Source of the DNA: an uncultured Gemmatimonadaceae bacterium
GTDB lineage: Bacteria; Gemmatimonadota; Gemmatimonadetes; Gemmatimonadales; GWC2-71-9
Assembly (NCBI GenBank): GCA_964574665.1
Contig: CAZNOJ010000002.1
Location: forward strand, 6,130-70,129
DNA length: 64,000 nt
Direction of reading: 5' to 3'
The notes beneath the pieces were generated by a model, which saw only the letters and a program-made list of their open reading frames with translations, searched no databases and was not told the DNA's origin. Both the position numbers and the translations under genes were made by a program. Positions 63,217 through 64,000 of the stretch are shown here, in pieces; the first letter of the stretch is position 1, and the number at the start of each line of letters is the position of its first letter.

Positions 63217-63965
63217 CAGAGCACCTTCGCTTCGGTGGTGAGTGCCGCGATCAGCGCCGGCACCGCCGCCGCGCCTTCGCCCACGATCCGGCCGGCCGGA
63301 CGCTCCGGCGGCAGCGACACCGACACCACGGAGGCGGCGGCGCGGTCCACCGTCACCGGCACCACGTCGAGCGGCTTCTTCTTCGCGGCCATGATCCCCT
63401 TGAGCGACGGCAGTCGCGGCGTGTTGAGCCCCTTGTCGCAGGTGAAGAGGGCCGGGAGCGCGCAGGTGGCGCGCTCGGTGCCGCCTTCGATCTCCCGCTC
63501 CACGGTGGCCACGCCGCCATCGAGGGCCAGCGACGTGATCGCGGTCGCACAGGGCAGTTCGAGCAGCTCGGCGATCATCGGCCCGGTCTGCTGGCCGTAG
63601 TCATCCACCGCCAGCTTGCCGGCGAGGATGAGGTCGTACCCGCCGTCGCGGAGGTGCGCCGCGAGCACCCGCGCATTGGCGAGGCCGTCGGCGGAGGGTT
63701 CCCCCTGCAGGTGCACCGCGCGGTCGATCCCCATGGCCAGCGCGGTGCGCAGCGTCTCCTGCACGGCATCGCCGCCGAGCGCCACCGCCACCGTCTCGCT
63801 GCCGGCGTGGGCCTCGGCCAGCGCCAGCGCCGCCTCGACGGCGTATTCGTCGTAGGGGTTGAGCACGAACTTGACGCCCGCCGGGTCGATCGCCGTGCCG
63901 GATGCGGCGATCGCGATCTTGGCAGTGGTGTCGGGCGTGCGGCGGATGCAGACACAGATCTTCAC
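63216..63965 (-). CDS. etfB: Electron transfer flavoprotein beta subunit
   Basis: MKICVCIRRTPDT..., NPYDEYAVEAAL and DLILAGKLAVDDYGQQTG. 249 aa. Confidence 0.9.
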   Translation of the reverse strand: MKICVCIRRTPDTTAKIAIAASGTAIDPAGVKFVLNPYDEYAVEAALALAEAHAGSETVAVALGGDAVQETLRTALAMGIDRAVHLQGEPSADGLANARVLAAHLRDGGYDLILAGKLAVDDYGQQTGPMIAELLELPCATAITSLALDGGVATVEREIEGGTERATCALPALFTCDKGLNTPRLPSLKGIMAAKKKPLDVVPVTVDRAAASVVSVSLPPERPAGRIVGEGAAAVPALIAALTTEAKVL

Positions 63966-64000
63966 TGTTCATCAACTCCGTCGAGTGGGGCGAGTCGCGG

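Noticed and set aside
60745-63600. 951-aa ORF on the plus strand
   Set aside because: It lies antisense to nadB, etfA and etfB. It has no recognisable domain and is another shadow ORF of the GC-rich sequence.
1-64000. Mobile elements, prophage, genomic island, tRNA/rRNA genes
   Set aside because: I recognised no transposase, integrase, recombinase or phage-like protein in any frame. I saw no tRNA-like cloverleaf in the few intergenic regions longer than 100 nt, and no obvious compositional break. The absence of tRNA genes was not verified with a covariance tool.

Overview
Very GC-rich chromosomal segment (not computed; by eye about two-thirds G+C or more). It comes from a diderm bacterium, as shown by TonB-dependent receptor and outer-membrane-type proteins. 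Gene content and repeat style suggest a soil lineage such as Gemmatimonadota or Acidobacteriota, but that is inference only. I can support about 60 CDS, almost all core metabolism or envelope functions, packed in long co-directional arrays with many 1-4 nt start/stop overlaps (ATGA/GTGA).

Recognisable blocks:
- clpX(3' end)-engB
- a TonB-dependent receptor plus FN3 lipoprotein pair
- an orphan GspE/PilB-type ATPase fused to a receiver domain, coupled to a NUDIX hydrolase
- trpE, maf-dtd, an HD-GYP response regulator-glmM-glmS array, a Cys/Met PLP enzyme, purD, mutM, and a Cho-like half-UvrC
- a ubiE-ubiD-ubiA-ubiX quinone cluster
- an ECF sigma/anti-sigma operon
- mrp-nifU-nrnA
- three amino-acid transporters plus a missed 43-aa ORF
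- guaB, gpmI, queD, moeA
- a probable Mn2+ (yybP-ykoY) riboswitch ahead of htpX-terC
- asd, a GGDEF protein, ETF-QO, nadBAC and etfBA

I found no rRNA, tRNA, CRISPR array, transposase, integrase or phage genes.

The most unusual signal is non-coding. It is a dense set of hairpin elements (about one per 5-6 kb) whose arms are tandem 7-nt units. At least four unrelated unit sequences share the same architecture. They sit on or next to stop codons, occur inside operons, and in one case lie in frame inside moeA.

Many very long ORFs in the supplied track are antisense or read-through artefacts of the high GC content and were rejected. All homology calls come from motif recognition by eye, not from database searches.
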